This document shows, piece after piece, positions 47,135 to 55,999 of a stretch of DNA of 64,000 nucleotides. The translations under genes were made by a program, and so were the position numbers. Source of the stretch: Candidatus Zixiibacteriota bacterium (GTDB lineage Bacteria; Zixibacteria; MSB-5A5; GN15; FEB-12); the NCBI GenBank assembly GCA_021163775.1, contig JAGGTI010000009.1, positions 12,897-76,896 of the forward strand, written 5' to 3'. The notes under the pieces were generated by a model. That model ran no database searches. It saw only the letters and a list, made by a program, of their open reading frames with translations, and was not told the DNA's origin. The stretch's first letter is position 1. Each line of letters begins with the position of its first letter.

Positions 47135-47285
47135 GTCAGGACGGCGGAAAATATGATCCGCCAGTTTAGGAATTTGCTTCCTATATTAGTGAAGTAATTC
47201 CAACTGCGATAGGCAGTCAGCACTAACCACTTGTCCTCTAAGACAAGGTGGTTGAGCGGGTTGCCAATAATGCCCAGCAAATCCT

Positions 47286-47305
47286 GCCCACCCTTCGGGG
47301 TGGGC
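47286..47305 (+). terminator. GC-rich TTCG-loop hairpin (possible terminator of the HU/small-ORF unit)
   Basis: GCCCACCC-ttcg-GGGTGGGC, a perfect 8-bp stem, followed by actcttattgccttt (moderately U-rich). Confidence 0.35.
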
Positions 47306-47317
47306 ACTCTTATTGCC
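47302..47317 (+). promoter_or_regulatory. sigma-54 (-24/-12) promoter candidate for the 47330 gene
   Basis: gGGCACtcttaTTGCc has the same GGCAC-N5-TTGC spacing as the site at 20928. The predicted +1 near 47328 is only about 2 nt before ATG 47330. Confidence 0.4.
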
Positions 47318-47329
47318 TTTGCAGGGGAG

Positions 47330-50200
47330 ATGAACTGTGCGAAACCACATATTGTGTGTGTTGTATTGTGGCTGGTAATGTCGATCACACCCTCTGTTTG
47401 GGCTGATCGGACCGATTTCCTGGTGAATGATGATGGCGGTATTACCGAGCAGAACCACCCACGTATCGCCGTAGCTGGTGATGGTGGCTTTGTTATTGCC
47501 TGGGTCGATAAACGGGCTGGTTCATCCGATATTTTTCTTCAACGTTACATGGTCGATGGTACCAAACTCGGTTCTAACATAGTGGTTAACGATGATGGCG
47601 GATATGCCTACCAGTCGGAGCCAGCGATAGCGGTCGATCTCTCCGGTTTGTATTCGGTGGTTTGGAAAGACTATCGCCAGGGTAGCTATCCGTTTGATCC
47701 CGATATCTATTTTCAACGCTACGATACTTCCCTGATTCCGGTAGACACTAATAGGGTGGTCACGGTTGAACAGCCTGATTCGCTCAAGGAGACGCCCGAT
47801 ATTGCACTGTCACCATGGGGGGGCGGTGTGGTAGTATGGGCCGATTACCGTAACCGAAATTGGGATATCTATGGCCAATTAATAGCATCCAACGGAAGTC
47901 CGACTGGTTCCAATTTCCGCGTTAATGATGATATTGGAACTGCTCAGCAACATATGCCCCGGGTGGCGGTGTCGCCCGAAGGCTGGTTTGTGATTGTCTG
48001 GTACGATAATCGCCTTGGCGATGATGATATTTTTGTCCAGCGATTTAATTCGCTCGCGCAACCGCTCGGAATCAATGTGCGGGTTAATTCTGATACCGAG
48101 GATGACCGCCAGGCGTTCCCCGATGTTGCCACCGATGGTGCCGGGCATTTCACAGTAGTATGGGTCGATTGGCGCAATGGTGTGTACCCGTCCAATCCTG
48201 ATATCTACGCTCGTAAGTTTGATACAACTATGGCTCCCGTGACCGATGACGAACAGGTAAACCAGGATAGCACCACACGTGCCCAACGAGAACCGACCAT
48301 TGCCGCCGATCGGCGTGGTAATGTGTCAATAATCTGGTCAGATTCCTCGGGGACTTCCCAATTGTATGATATCGTGGGCCAGATGATTGATGTCGATGGT
48401 GTCATATGTGAAGTTAATTTCCAAGCCAACAGCGAAGCGGACTCGGCTCAATTTCATGCCGATGTAGCACTTGATGGCCGTTACCGCTACATTACCTGGG
48501 CTGATAAACGCAATGGTAATTACGACATTTACGCTTCAATTACCCGTTACAACGATCCTACCCTGGTTCCCAGCCCGACCGCGCTCCGATTTGAGATGCT
48601 TCGGGGTGAAGGGACACCTGTTCCACAGGAATTGACGATAGATCATTATGGCTACAACTCGCTCGACTTTACGTTGCTTGCCTCCCATGACTGGTTCGAG
48701 GTTACCCCATCGGGTGGAATGACCCCAGCGACCATTTCCGTGGCGATTACCACCGATACGCTTCCGTTTGGAACCTACATAGGTGCCCTGACACTATATG
48801 ATATTGATAATGATGATTCTACGGTGCAGATATCGGTGCGTCTTGATGTTATCGCTCCAATTCTTGATGTTGGTAGCGACACTCTCAGTTTTTTAGTGTA
48901 CAGTGGGATGATCGATTCTGCCCAACAGTTGTGTTCAATATCAAATGAGGGAGCAGGTGACCTGAACTGGACGATAGCCGAATCACTCGACTGGCTTACT
49001 GTCGAACCTGTCAGCGGCACTAACAGTGCGACTCTGGCAGTTTGGGTGAACGGTCTGTCTCTGCCATCAGGTAACACTAACGGATATTTCGAGATTATTG
49101 CCCCCGATGCTGTTAACTCGCCCGATACGGTTTGGATTAATGTCGAAGCGGTAGACAATCAACCGTACATTCGGCTGGTTCCGCCAAACCTGTCGATAGC
49201 GACCGAAGACCCGGCCGGTCAGAATTTCTCCCTTCAAGTAACCAACGTTGGAGTGGAACAACTCGCCTGGATTGCTGACCCTGGTGATACCTGGCTCCAG
49301 CTTGACCGTGCGGCTGGTATTGATAATGACCCGATCAATCTGACTTTTGATACCGCCGGGTTCTCACCAGGTTTGCATCTGTCCTGGATAGATATTACTG
49401 ACAGCAGTGCGTTCCATCCAGTCGAACGGTTTGATGTCGTGCTCGATTATCTGATCCCTGGCTCAGACACAGTGACTATCAGCGATATTCTTACTGAACC
49501 TTTGGCAGTTGATTCGTTCGCGGTTCATATTCAGATGACCGACACCGCAGCCGAACTGCACCTGCCTTTGAGCTATGATCCCGATCTGATGACTATTGAT
49601 TCTGTGTGCTTTGTAGATGGATTGGCAAGCTCACTCATGACTGACTACAGTATTGACCCTGTGCGGGGTGTCGTGAACCTGAGTTTAGTCGGGTTCGAAC
49701 CTGACAGTCTCGTTATGCCGGGCAGTGTTGATCTTGGCTGGGTCCATTTCACGGCTGGCTCGAATTATGGCCTGTTCGATGTAGGTGAGCCATCCGATTC
49801 CGATCTTGCTGTGGTGCTGGTGACGCCATCGGGCAGTCGTTTGCACCCGGAGACCATACCGGGGGAGATCCGGGTTGAAGAGGCGACCGCGGTTGATGAC
49901 CTCTCACCGATTCTTCTGCCGCTTGAATACACTCTATCTCAGAATTATCCCAACCCGTTTAACCCTCAAACAACGATTGAGTTCGGTCTGCCGACACGCT
50001 CTGATATCGAGTTGGAAGTTTTCAATATCCTGGGTCAGCGGATTCGCCTGCTACTTAAAGAAACACTTCCAGCAGGCAACCATAAGGTTATGTGGGATGG
50101 TAAGTACGCAAGCGGCGTTTCAGCTCCATCCGGAATCTACTTTTACCGAATACGGACCGGAAATACTTCACTGGTACGAAAAATGATGCTGGTGAAATAG
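47330..50200 (+). CDS. secreted T9SS cargo: 7-repeat propeller-like N domain, three BACON/Ig-like modules, a cohesin-like module and a type A sorting domain
   Basis: Signal peptide MNCAKPHIVCVVLWLVMSITPSVWA. There are seven repeats of about 55 aa. C terminus LSQNYPNPFNPQTTIEFGLPTRSDIELEVFNILGQRI..VMWDGKYASGVSAPSGIYFYRI..MMLVK. Confidence 0.85.
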   Translation: MNCAKPHIVCVVLWLVMSITPSVWADRTDFLVNDDGGITEQNHPRIAVAGDGGFVIAWVDKRAGSSDIFLQRYMVDGTKLGSNIVVNDDGGYAYQSEPAIAVDLSGLYSVVWKDYRQGSYPFDPDIYFQRYDTSLIPVDTNRVVTVEQPDSLKETPDIALSPWGGGVVVWADYRNRNWDIYGQLIASNGSPTGSNFRVNDDIGTAQQHMPRVAVSPEGWFVIVWYDNRLGDDDIFVQRFNSLAQPLGINVRVNSDTEDDRQAFPDVATDGAGHFTVVWVDWRNGVYPSNPDIYARKFDTTMAPVTDDEQVNQDSTTRAQREPTIAADRRGNVSIIWSDSSGTSQLYDIVGQMIDVDGVICEVNFQANSEADSAQFHADVALDGRYRYITWADKRNGNYDIYASITRYNDPTLVPSPTALRFEMLRGEGTPVPQELTIDHYGYNSLDFTLLASHDWFEVTPSGGMTPATISVAITTDTLPFGTYIGALTLYDIDNDDSTVQISVRLDVIAPILDVGSDTLSFLVYSGMIDSAQQLCSISNEGAGDLNWTIAESLDWLTVEPVSGTNSATLAVWVNGLSLPSGNTNGYFEIIAPDAVNSPDTVWINVEAVDNQPYIRLVPPNLSIATEDPAGQNFSLQVTNVGVEQLAWIADPGDTWLQLDRAAGIDNDPINLTFDTAGFSPGLHLSWIDITDSSAFHPVERFDVVLDYLIPGSDTVTISDILTEPLAVDSFAVHIQMTDTAAELHLPLSYDPDLMTIDSVCFVDGLASSLMTDYSIDPVRGVVNLSLVGFEPDSLVMPGSVDLGWVHFTAGSNYGLFDVGEPSDSDLAVVLVTPSGSRLHPETIPGEIRVEEATAVDDLSPILLPLEYTLSQNYPNPFNPQTTIEFGLPTRSDIELEVFNILGQRIRLLLKETLPAGNHKVMWDGKYASGVSAPSGIYFYRIRTGNTSLVRKMMLVK

Positions 50201-50313
50201 TTTTGAAGATCACTGTCTTAACCTGATTTCCCAGAAAACTATAATTCAAGGCAACCCTTTTACGCCTTCTCTCGTAAAGGTAATCAGTGGAAATGCAACG
50301 AGTTGGAGGCTAT

Positions 50314-51561
50314 ATGAAATTGGTAAAAATACTTCTCGGATCGGCGACTTTGATTGTCGCTTTCGCTTTCGCTGTACAGGCTGACAACAGCGGTCGGATC
50401 TATGGGGAGATCGAAACCGTTGACGGTGAAACGTTTGAAGGCCTTATTCGGTGGGACAAGAATGAAGGTTCCTGGGTGGATATCCTTGATGGCACCCGTG
50501 ATCGGGATGATCGTGACACTGATCGCCGTAGATCAAAGCGGCGCAGTTATCGCAGTCAACGGTCTAATATCAATTTGTTTGGAATCAACATAGGTGGTTC
50601 GAGCAATATCTACTTCTCGTCTTCAAATGCCCAGTCGGGTATACGATTTGGTCACATCAGCCGGCTTGAAGTGCTTGATGATGATCGGGCTTTGCTGGTT
50701 CTGAAATCAGGAAACGAGGTTGAGTTCTACAACGGCTCTACTGACATCGGCAGTTCAATTCGCGAAATTGTGATTGAAGACGTTGATGAGGGAGAGATTG
50801 AATTCACCTGGGACGATATCGAAATTATTGAATTCTCCGAGGCCGACAACGATGAACCCTCCAGCTTTGGTGAACGGCTTTACGGCACTCTGACCACGCG
50901 TCGGGGTGATGAGTTTACCGGTTTTGTCTGTTGGGATGTCGACGAGTTGTTCGAGAACGATGTTCTTGACGGTGATGAGAAGCGACGCTCACGGAAAATT
51001 CGATTTGGTAAGATCGCATCAATCGCCCGATACTCTTCCAGCGGTGCCGAAGTAGTCTTGAAGAGCGGTGATAAGATGTTGTTGCGCGGCTCGAATGACG
51101 TTGACGACGATAACCGCGGTATTATTATTTCCGATCCTGCGTTTGGGCAGATTCGGGTAGAGTGGGATGAGTTCGACAAGATTGAGTTTAAGAAAGCACC
51201 GCGATCGGTGCCATATTCGGCTTTCGACGGTGGCAAGAAAATTAAAGGTACTGTTTATACTGAGGATGGCGACAAATACACTGGCGAGATATGCTGGGAC
51301 GACGATGAACAGTACACCTGGGAGATTCTCGACGGTGACCATCGCGATAATGAGTATGAGATAGAATTCGGTTTGATCAAAGAGATCGAAAAGAACTCGC
51401 GGCGGACATGTGATATCACCGTTTCAGACGGTCGTGTTTTTACGCTGGGTGGTTCGAACGATGTGGATGGCGACAATAAAGGTATCATTATTATCGAAGA
51501 TAATGGCGACGACGTATATGTAGATTGGGAAGATTTCGCGCGGGCAGTTTTTGTGAAGTAG
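50314..51561 (+). CDS. secreted hypothetical protein built from three tandem modules of about 125 aa
   Basis: GGAGG lies 4 nt before ATG 50314. Signal peptide MKLVKILLGSATLIVAFAFAVQA. Repeated motifs are YG..T..G..F.G...WD.DE, LKSG.....GSNDVD.DN.GIII and V.W.EF..I.F.K. Confidence 0.6.
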   Translation: MKLVKILLGSATLIVAFAFAVQADNSGRIYGEIETVDGETFEGLIRWDKNEGSWVDILDGTRDRDDRDTDRRRSKRRSYRSQRSNINLFGINIGGSSNIYFSSSNAQSGIRFGHISRLEVLDDDRALLVLKSGNEVEFYNGSTDIGSSIREIVIEDVDEGEIEFTWDDIEIIEFSEADNDEPSSFGERLYGTLTTRRGDEFTGFVCWDVDELFENDVLDGDEKRRSRKIRFGKIASIARYSSSGAEVVLKSGDKMLLRGSNDVDDDNRGIIISDPAFGQIRVEWDEFDKIEFKKAPRSVPYSAFDGGKKIKGTVYTEDGDKYTGEICWDDDEQYTWEILDGDHRDNEYEIEFGLIKEIEKNSRRTCDITVSDGRVFTLGGSNDVDGDNKGIIIIEDNGDDVYVDWEDFARAVFVK

Positions 51562-51590
51562 AATTCCCCTGTAGGTCTTAGTGCCTCAAG

Positions 51591-51626
51591 CCCTGCGGTT
51601 GTTGATTGCCTCCGTGGGGTTTTATT
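51591..51626 (+). terminator. probable Rho-independent terminator after the 50314 gene
   Basis: CCCTGCGG..13-nt loop..CCGTGGGG (8 bp including two G-U pairs) followed by TTTTATTATT. Confidence 0.4.
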
Positions 51627-51715
51627 ATTGCTTATTGTTGAAAGTTCAGTGTCTGGCAGATGTCCTGTCTGTCGTCAGTAAGAGGTGAAACTCAGCCTGC
51701 CCTGAGCTTTCTGTG

Positions 51716-51739
51716 CCGTCAGGCGATTCTGCCTGACGG
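51716..51739 (+). repeat. perfect 9-bp inverted repeat / hairpin followed by TTCTTTC (function unknown)
   Basis: CCGTCAGGC-gattct-GCCTGACGG. It is one of at least four strong hairpins in the 51630-52105 noncoding island. Confidence 0.8.
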
Positions 51740-52105
51740 TTCTTTCGGGGGCAAGGATATCTGCCGCCCACGGAATGTCGAAACCGCCCAAAGCGGCTGG
51801 TTTCAACCTACAATACTTGTCCCAGAGCCTCGTGGCGCACGTGGGCGTACACCACGCACAAAACGCTACAATTAAGTCAGGGTGAGCCTATCAAAGCCTC
51901 TCCTGCTTTATGCGGTCTCACATTTTGACAAGCTCACTGTGACTTATTGGACCCACTTGAGGCCTGACGTTTTATGTGTCACGCCCCGAGTAGGTGTGAC
52001 CTACAAGAATTACCGAGCGTCGGGCAGAGTCGCCCGACGGCACATAGAAGCAACCGTGATCTACTTCAAATATGAATACATCCCCGCCACAATCACACAA
52101 GAACC

Positions 52106-52133
52106 ACAAAAAACCCCGGTCTGAACCAGGGCT
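52106..52133 (-). terminator. Rho-independent terminator of the minus-strand TPR gene
   Basis: On the minus strand: CCCTGG-ttcaga-CCGGGG followed by TTTTTTGTGG, about 30 nt after the stop at 52163. Confidence 0.6.
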
Positions 52134-52162
52134 TTCTGTCTGATATGATCCGTAGCGTGTTA

Positions 52163-53062
52163 CTATTCGTATTGTAGTTTTTCTTTGCGCTCTTGGAGAT
52201 CTTTGACGTGTTGCTGGGCGATGGCGACGCTGTTCTTCTCCTTAACGTCATTCTTCGCCCGCTTAATATAAGCATTCCAATTGCCAATGTTGTCGTCAAT
52301 ATTCTCTGAGTCTTGTGATTCCATAGCGACCGCATAGTTGTAAGCGGCCTTGGGTTTCTTCGGATTGGCCTTCATAGCGGCCTTGAACGATCTTGCCGCT
52401 TTGGAGTATTTCTCCTGTCCCAGATATATCTGACCAAGCGCGAAATGCGCGCCGTAGTAGTTAGAATTTAGTTCCAGTGCCTTCTTGAAAGAAGCAATGG
52501 CATCAGCAAGTTGGTCCATTTTTTGGTAGGCTTTGCCAAGGTAATAGTGGGTCGTCTGATCACCGCCACCGACTTCGTGACATTTTTGCAGATGACCGGC
52601 CGCCTCAGCGTACTTTTTCCTGATGTAACGCACTTTGCCAAGTTCTTTGAGTATCTCGGTGTTCTCCGGTTCAATGGCCAGGGCCGACTCAAAAGCGACC
52701 TCGGCCTCGGCGCGTCGCCTTAGCTTATTCTCTACACGGCCCAAGTTGGCGAAACCATCGACCGATTTAGGGTCAATCTCTACTACTCTTTTGAACTGTT
52801 CCAGTGCTTCGTCATACTGCTTGTTTTGGAAATAGACTACACCGAGGTTCAGGTGGGCATCGACATAGTTCGGATCTCTGTCGATAGCTGTCTTGAACAT
52901 AGTCTCAGCCATCTGAAGGTTTCCCTGTTGCATTTGCGAGAGACCTTCGTTGTAGGCTTCCTTGGTGGCGTTGGTGTCATCCTGGGCAAAGATAGGAACT
53001 GTTCCCAGCGCAAGGATGATAGTCAGTACGAGCATAAGCGAAGTTTGGGCTGAACGAACCAT
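52163..53062 (-). CDS. secreted TPR repeat protein
   Basis: AGGAG lies 5 nt before ATG 53062 and is preferred over 53077. Signal peptide MVRSAQTSLMLVLTIILALGTVPIFAQ. Consecutive TPRs follow (AIDRDPNYVDAHLNLGVVYFQNKQYDEAL..). Confidence 0.75.
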   Translation of the reverse strand: MVRSAQTSLMLVLTIILALGTVPIFAQDDTNATKEAYNEGLSQMQQGNLQMAETMFKTAIDRDPNYVDAHLNLGVVYFQNKQYDEALEQFKRVVEIDPKSVDGFANLGRVENKLRRRAEAEVAFESALAIEPENTEILKELGKVRYIRKKYAEAAGHLQKCHEVGGGDQTTHYYLGKAYQKMDQLADAIASFKKALELNSNYYGAHFALGQIYLGQEKYSKAARSFKAAMKANPKKPKAAYNYAVAMESQDSENIDDNIGNWNAYIKRAKNDVKEKNSVAIAQQHVKDLQERKEKLQYE

Positions 53063-53129
53063 AGCTTCTCCTTTCATCTGTATATCTATAGTATAATACG
53101 TTTCGATTATCAGTTTGATCCAAACAAGT

Positions 53130-53576
53130 CTATAATGATTCGCGATGTTTCTTGAGGGCTGTTTTTACTTCATCATATTTCAAGGCCAGTATTCGGGCGG
53201 CCAAAACTGCGGCGTTTTTGGCACCTGGGGAACCAATCGCTACTGTGGCCACCGGTATACCGGGGGGCATCTGGGCGATTGCCAGCAGAGAGTCCAGTCC
53301 ACCCAAAGCGGCCGGAATTGGGACACCAATAACAGGTAGATTGGTATGAGCCGCGGCAACCCCTGGAAGGGCGGCGGCCAGACCGGCCATAGCAATAACT
53401 ACCTCAAATCCGTTTTTTTCGGCCTCGCGCGCCAATTGGGCGGTCCGTTTTGGGTGCCTGTGCGCCGAGGATATTTCAATAGCAGACTCAATGCCAAGAG
53501 CTTGTAATTGTGAATAGCATTTGTCGGCATAATCCTGATCTGATTTGGAGCCAATAATAATCAGGGTTTTAGGCAT
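53130..53576 (-). CDS. purE: 5-(carboxyamino)imidazole ribonucleotide mutase
   Basis: MPKTLIIIGSKSDQDYA..SAHRHP..VIAMAGLAAALPGVAAAHTNLPVIGVP. ATG 53576 overlaps the purD stop by 8 nt. Confidence 0.93.
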   Translation of the reverse strand: MPKTLIIIGSKSDQDYADKCYSQLQALGIESAIEISSAHRHPKRTAQLAREAEKNGFEVVIAMAGLAAALPGVAAAHTNLPVIGVPIPAALGGLDSLLAIAQMPPGIPVATVAIGSPGAKNAAVLAARILALKYDEVKTALKKHRESL

Positions 53577-54861
53577 GATTCCCTTTCTTCTGCGTATCAA
53601 GAACTCGGAATCCAATATCGCGCCGGTGGTAGGCACCATCGAACCGAATCCGCTTTACTATTCTATATACTTTGGCGAGGGCATCCTTGAGATTGCCACT
53701 CATGCCCATTACGCCTAATACTCGACCTCCAGCAGTGACCCATTGATTATTATCCTTGCGGGTACCAGAATGGAAAACATAGGCGCCGTCTTCGCGGATG
53801 TTCTGAAGTCCGGTAATACGCTGACCAGTCTTGTACTTGCCAGGATATCCTTTTGAGGCAATAATCACACAGGTTGCTGAGCCTTTTCGCCAATCGAGTT
53901 TACGAGCCTTATCAAGCCGTCCATCAACCACCGCACGCATAACCTCAAGCAGGTCTGATTTAAGCATTGGTAGTACCGCCTGAGTTTCAGGGTCGCCAAA
54001 ACGGCAATTGTATTCCAGGACTTTAGGGCCCGATTCGGTCAGCATCAATCCGGCGTAGATTACACCACGATATGGAATGTTCTCTTTTCGCAAACCAGCT
54101 ATAGTTGGTTCCAGGACAAATTGCTTGATCTGGTCCATGACTCGCTCAGTGATGAAATCGACCGGGCAGATAGCCCCCATACCACCAGTATTAGGTCCTT
54201 TGTCCCCTTCGAATATCTGCTTGTGATCCTGACTGGGGAGCAGGGGAGCATAGCTCTTGCCATCGGTGACTATCATAACCGAGACTTCCTGTCCTTCCAG
54301 GCAGGATTCGATCACCACCTGAATACCGGCTTCACCGAATTTCTTTTGAGTGAAAATCTGTTCAAGGTAGCGCGAAGCTTCATCGAGATTACGCGCAATC
54401 ATGACACCTTTGCCGGCCGCGAGGCCATCGACCTTGATAACGGTCGGGAAGTCAATACCTTTGCAGAAACCGACCGCTTCAGTCAGGTTGTCAAAAACCT
54501 TGAAAGCGGCAGTGGGGATATGATATTTCTGCATGAACTGTTTGGCGAAGACTTTGCTACTTTCCAGCTGTGCGCCAAGTTTCTCAGGACCAAAGACTTT
54601 CAGGCGGCGACGCTTGAATTCGTCGGCAATCCCCATTGCCAGTGGTTGTTCCGGCCCAACGATAGTAAGATTGATGTTGGAACTGGAGGCGAAGTCAGCC
54701 AGACTGGCGATATCGGTCGCCTGGATATTGACACATTTGGCAATACGCATCATTCCAGCGTTACCGGGGGCGCAATATACCTTTTGAACCTTCTTGGACT
54801 GCTTTAGTTTCCAGGCCAGTGCGTGCTCACGACCGCCCGAGCCAATAATAAGTATTTTCAT
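53569..54861 (-). CDS. purD: phosphoribosylamine--glycine ligase
   Basis: MKILIIGSGGREHALAWKL.., an ATP-grasp core (VIKVDGLAAGKGV, GGMGAICP) and C terminus YHRRDIG. Confidence 0.97.
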   Translation of the reverse strand: MKILIIGSGGREHALAWKLKQSKKVQKVYCAPGNAGMMRIAKCVNIQATDIASLADFASSSNINLTIVGPEQPLAMGIADEFKRRRLKVFGPEKLGAQLESSKVFAKQFMQKYHIPTAAFKVFDNLTEAVGFCKGIDFPTVIKVDGLAAGKGVMIARNLDEASRYLEQIFTQKKFGEAGIQVVIESCLEGQEVSVMIVTDGKSYAPLLPSQDHKQIFEGDKGPNTGGMGAICPVDFITERVMDQIKQFVLEPTIAGLRKENIPYRGVIYAGLMLTESGPKVLEYNCRFGDPETQAVLPMLKSDLLEVMRAVVDGRLDKARKLDWRKGSATCVIIASKGYPGKYKTGQRITGLQNIREDGAYVFHSGTRKDNNQWVTAGGRVLGVMGMSGNLKDALAKVYRIVKRIRFDGAYHRRDIGFRVLDTQKKGNHA

Positions 54862-54893
54862 AATTCAACAACCATAACTCGTTAAGGTAGACA

Positions 54894-54921
54894 ATTATAT
54901 ACGAATGGGTATGGAATACAA
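54894..54921 (-). promoter_or_regulatory. sigma-70 type promoter for purD-purE
   Basis: On the minus strand: TTGTAT, 16 nt, TATAAT, about 30 nt upstream of the purD ATG. Confidence 0.4.
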
Positions 54922-55210
54922 CCGTTTTTTGGGATTCCTGCCCAATGGCTTGATGAAAGAGCCAAATTTATATCGATATCGCTGTAATAGGTCTCGCAAA
55001 ACAGTTTAGATAGGTTTGTCAGCAGACCAGCCAATCGACCAAATCCAGGAATTGGTGGTCGGGAAGGTAATATCCCGATGGACATAATCTATTGACAAGC
55101 CGTCTTAGCATTGATTATCTTGGCGCTTTATCGGAGCTATGTTGGTCCGGGTGGATCACATGACACGACTAATGAAATGGCAATCTAATTTTGCGTTAGA
55201 GGTTACGGCA

Positions 55211-55909
55211 ATGAAGATGTTCTCCTGGTTTCTGGTTGTATCACTAATATTTGTGATGAGTGCTGGCGTGATGGCACAGGATGACGAAGAAGAGTTCGAG
55301 AAGGACTTCATGGAGTTCGCCATTTACGGCGGTGGGGCGATTCCAATGGGTGGCCTGTCCGATTGGACTATTTCCAACGACATAACTGGCTCTGAAGAAT
55401 TAGGAGCCAAGTCCGGTTGGGATATAGGTTTTGATGTTGGGCATTTCCTTACGAGAAGTCTGGTTGTTGGGCTCAACGTCACTTACGCGCAGTTCGGTAT
55501 TGACAGTGATGAGCCAGCGGTCGCTACGATGAATCATCAGATGATCGGTCCTGCGGCCTACTTGAAATACTATTTTCAGGGTGAGTCCAACCTGATGCCG
55601 TATGTTAAGGGGCAGGTTGGGGTTGATGTTGTCAAGTTCACGACTCGGGTTATGGATCCCAATATTGACAATGGTGCTTTTGAATATCGGGAGTTGTCTT
55701 ATCATCCCGGGTTATCGTTTAGCTTTGGTGGTGGTCTGTTCTATTACACCCATGATTATGGTGGTCTGTATTTGGAGGCCGCGTACCGGACGGCGTTAAC
55801 CAGTGATGTCATCAGTAACTATGAAGGCGAAGAATACACGTTTGGTGAAACAGCCGCGGTGCTTGATATTCATGCCGGGATCAAGGTCTTCTTTGGTTCT
55901 GACGAATAA
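55211..55909 (+). CDS. small outer-membrane beta-barrel protein (porin/OmpW-like, tentative)
   Basis: Signal peptide MKMFSWFLVVSLIFVMSAGVMAQ from ATG 55211. Alternating hydrophobic beta-strand pattern with aromatic girdles. C terminus HAGIKVFFGSDE. Confidence 0.55.
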   Translation: MKMFSWFLVVSLIFVMSAGVMAQDDEEEFEKDFMEFAIYGGGAIPMGGLSDWTISNDITGSEELGAKSGWDIGFDVGHFLTRSLVVGLNVTYAQFGIDSDEPAVATMNHQMIGPAAYLKYYFQGESNLMPYVKGQVGVDVVKFTTRVMDPNIDNGAFEYRELSYHPGLSFSFGGGLFYYTHDYGGLYLEAAYRTALTSDVISNYEGEEYTFGETAAVLDIHAGIKVFFGSDE

Positions 55910-55939
55910 CCGCTGAAACATAATTCAATATGCTTTTAA

Positions 55940-55964
55940 GCCCGTCTATACGATGGGCTTTTTT
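55940..55964 (+). terminator. Rho-independent terminator
   Basis: GCCCGTC-tatac-GATGGGC followed by TTTTTTG, 30 nt after the stop at 55909. Confidence 0.7.
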
Positions 55965-55999
55965 GTTGTTCGATTAGATGCCGCCGAGTAGATTAAATT

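Noticed and set aside
51660-52124. Track ORFs 51660-51875 and 51882-52124 (+) could be small proteins.
   Set aside because: They have no SD, no recognisable motif, Arg/Pro/Cys-rich junk-like composition and overlap dense hairpins. I treat them as non-coding.
54121-54807. A 228-aa ORF on the + strand inside purD.
   Set aside because: purD on the minus strand is unmistakable, so this is a shadow ORF.
55178-55196. TGGCAA-N7-TTGC upstream of the outer-membrane barrel gene as a sigma-54 promoter.
   Set aside because: The GG to GC spacing is 2 nt too long, and sigma-54 spacing is strict.
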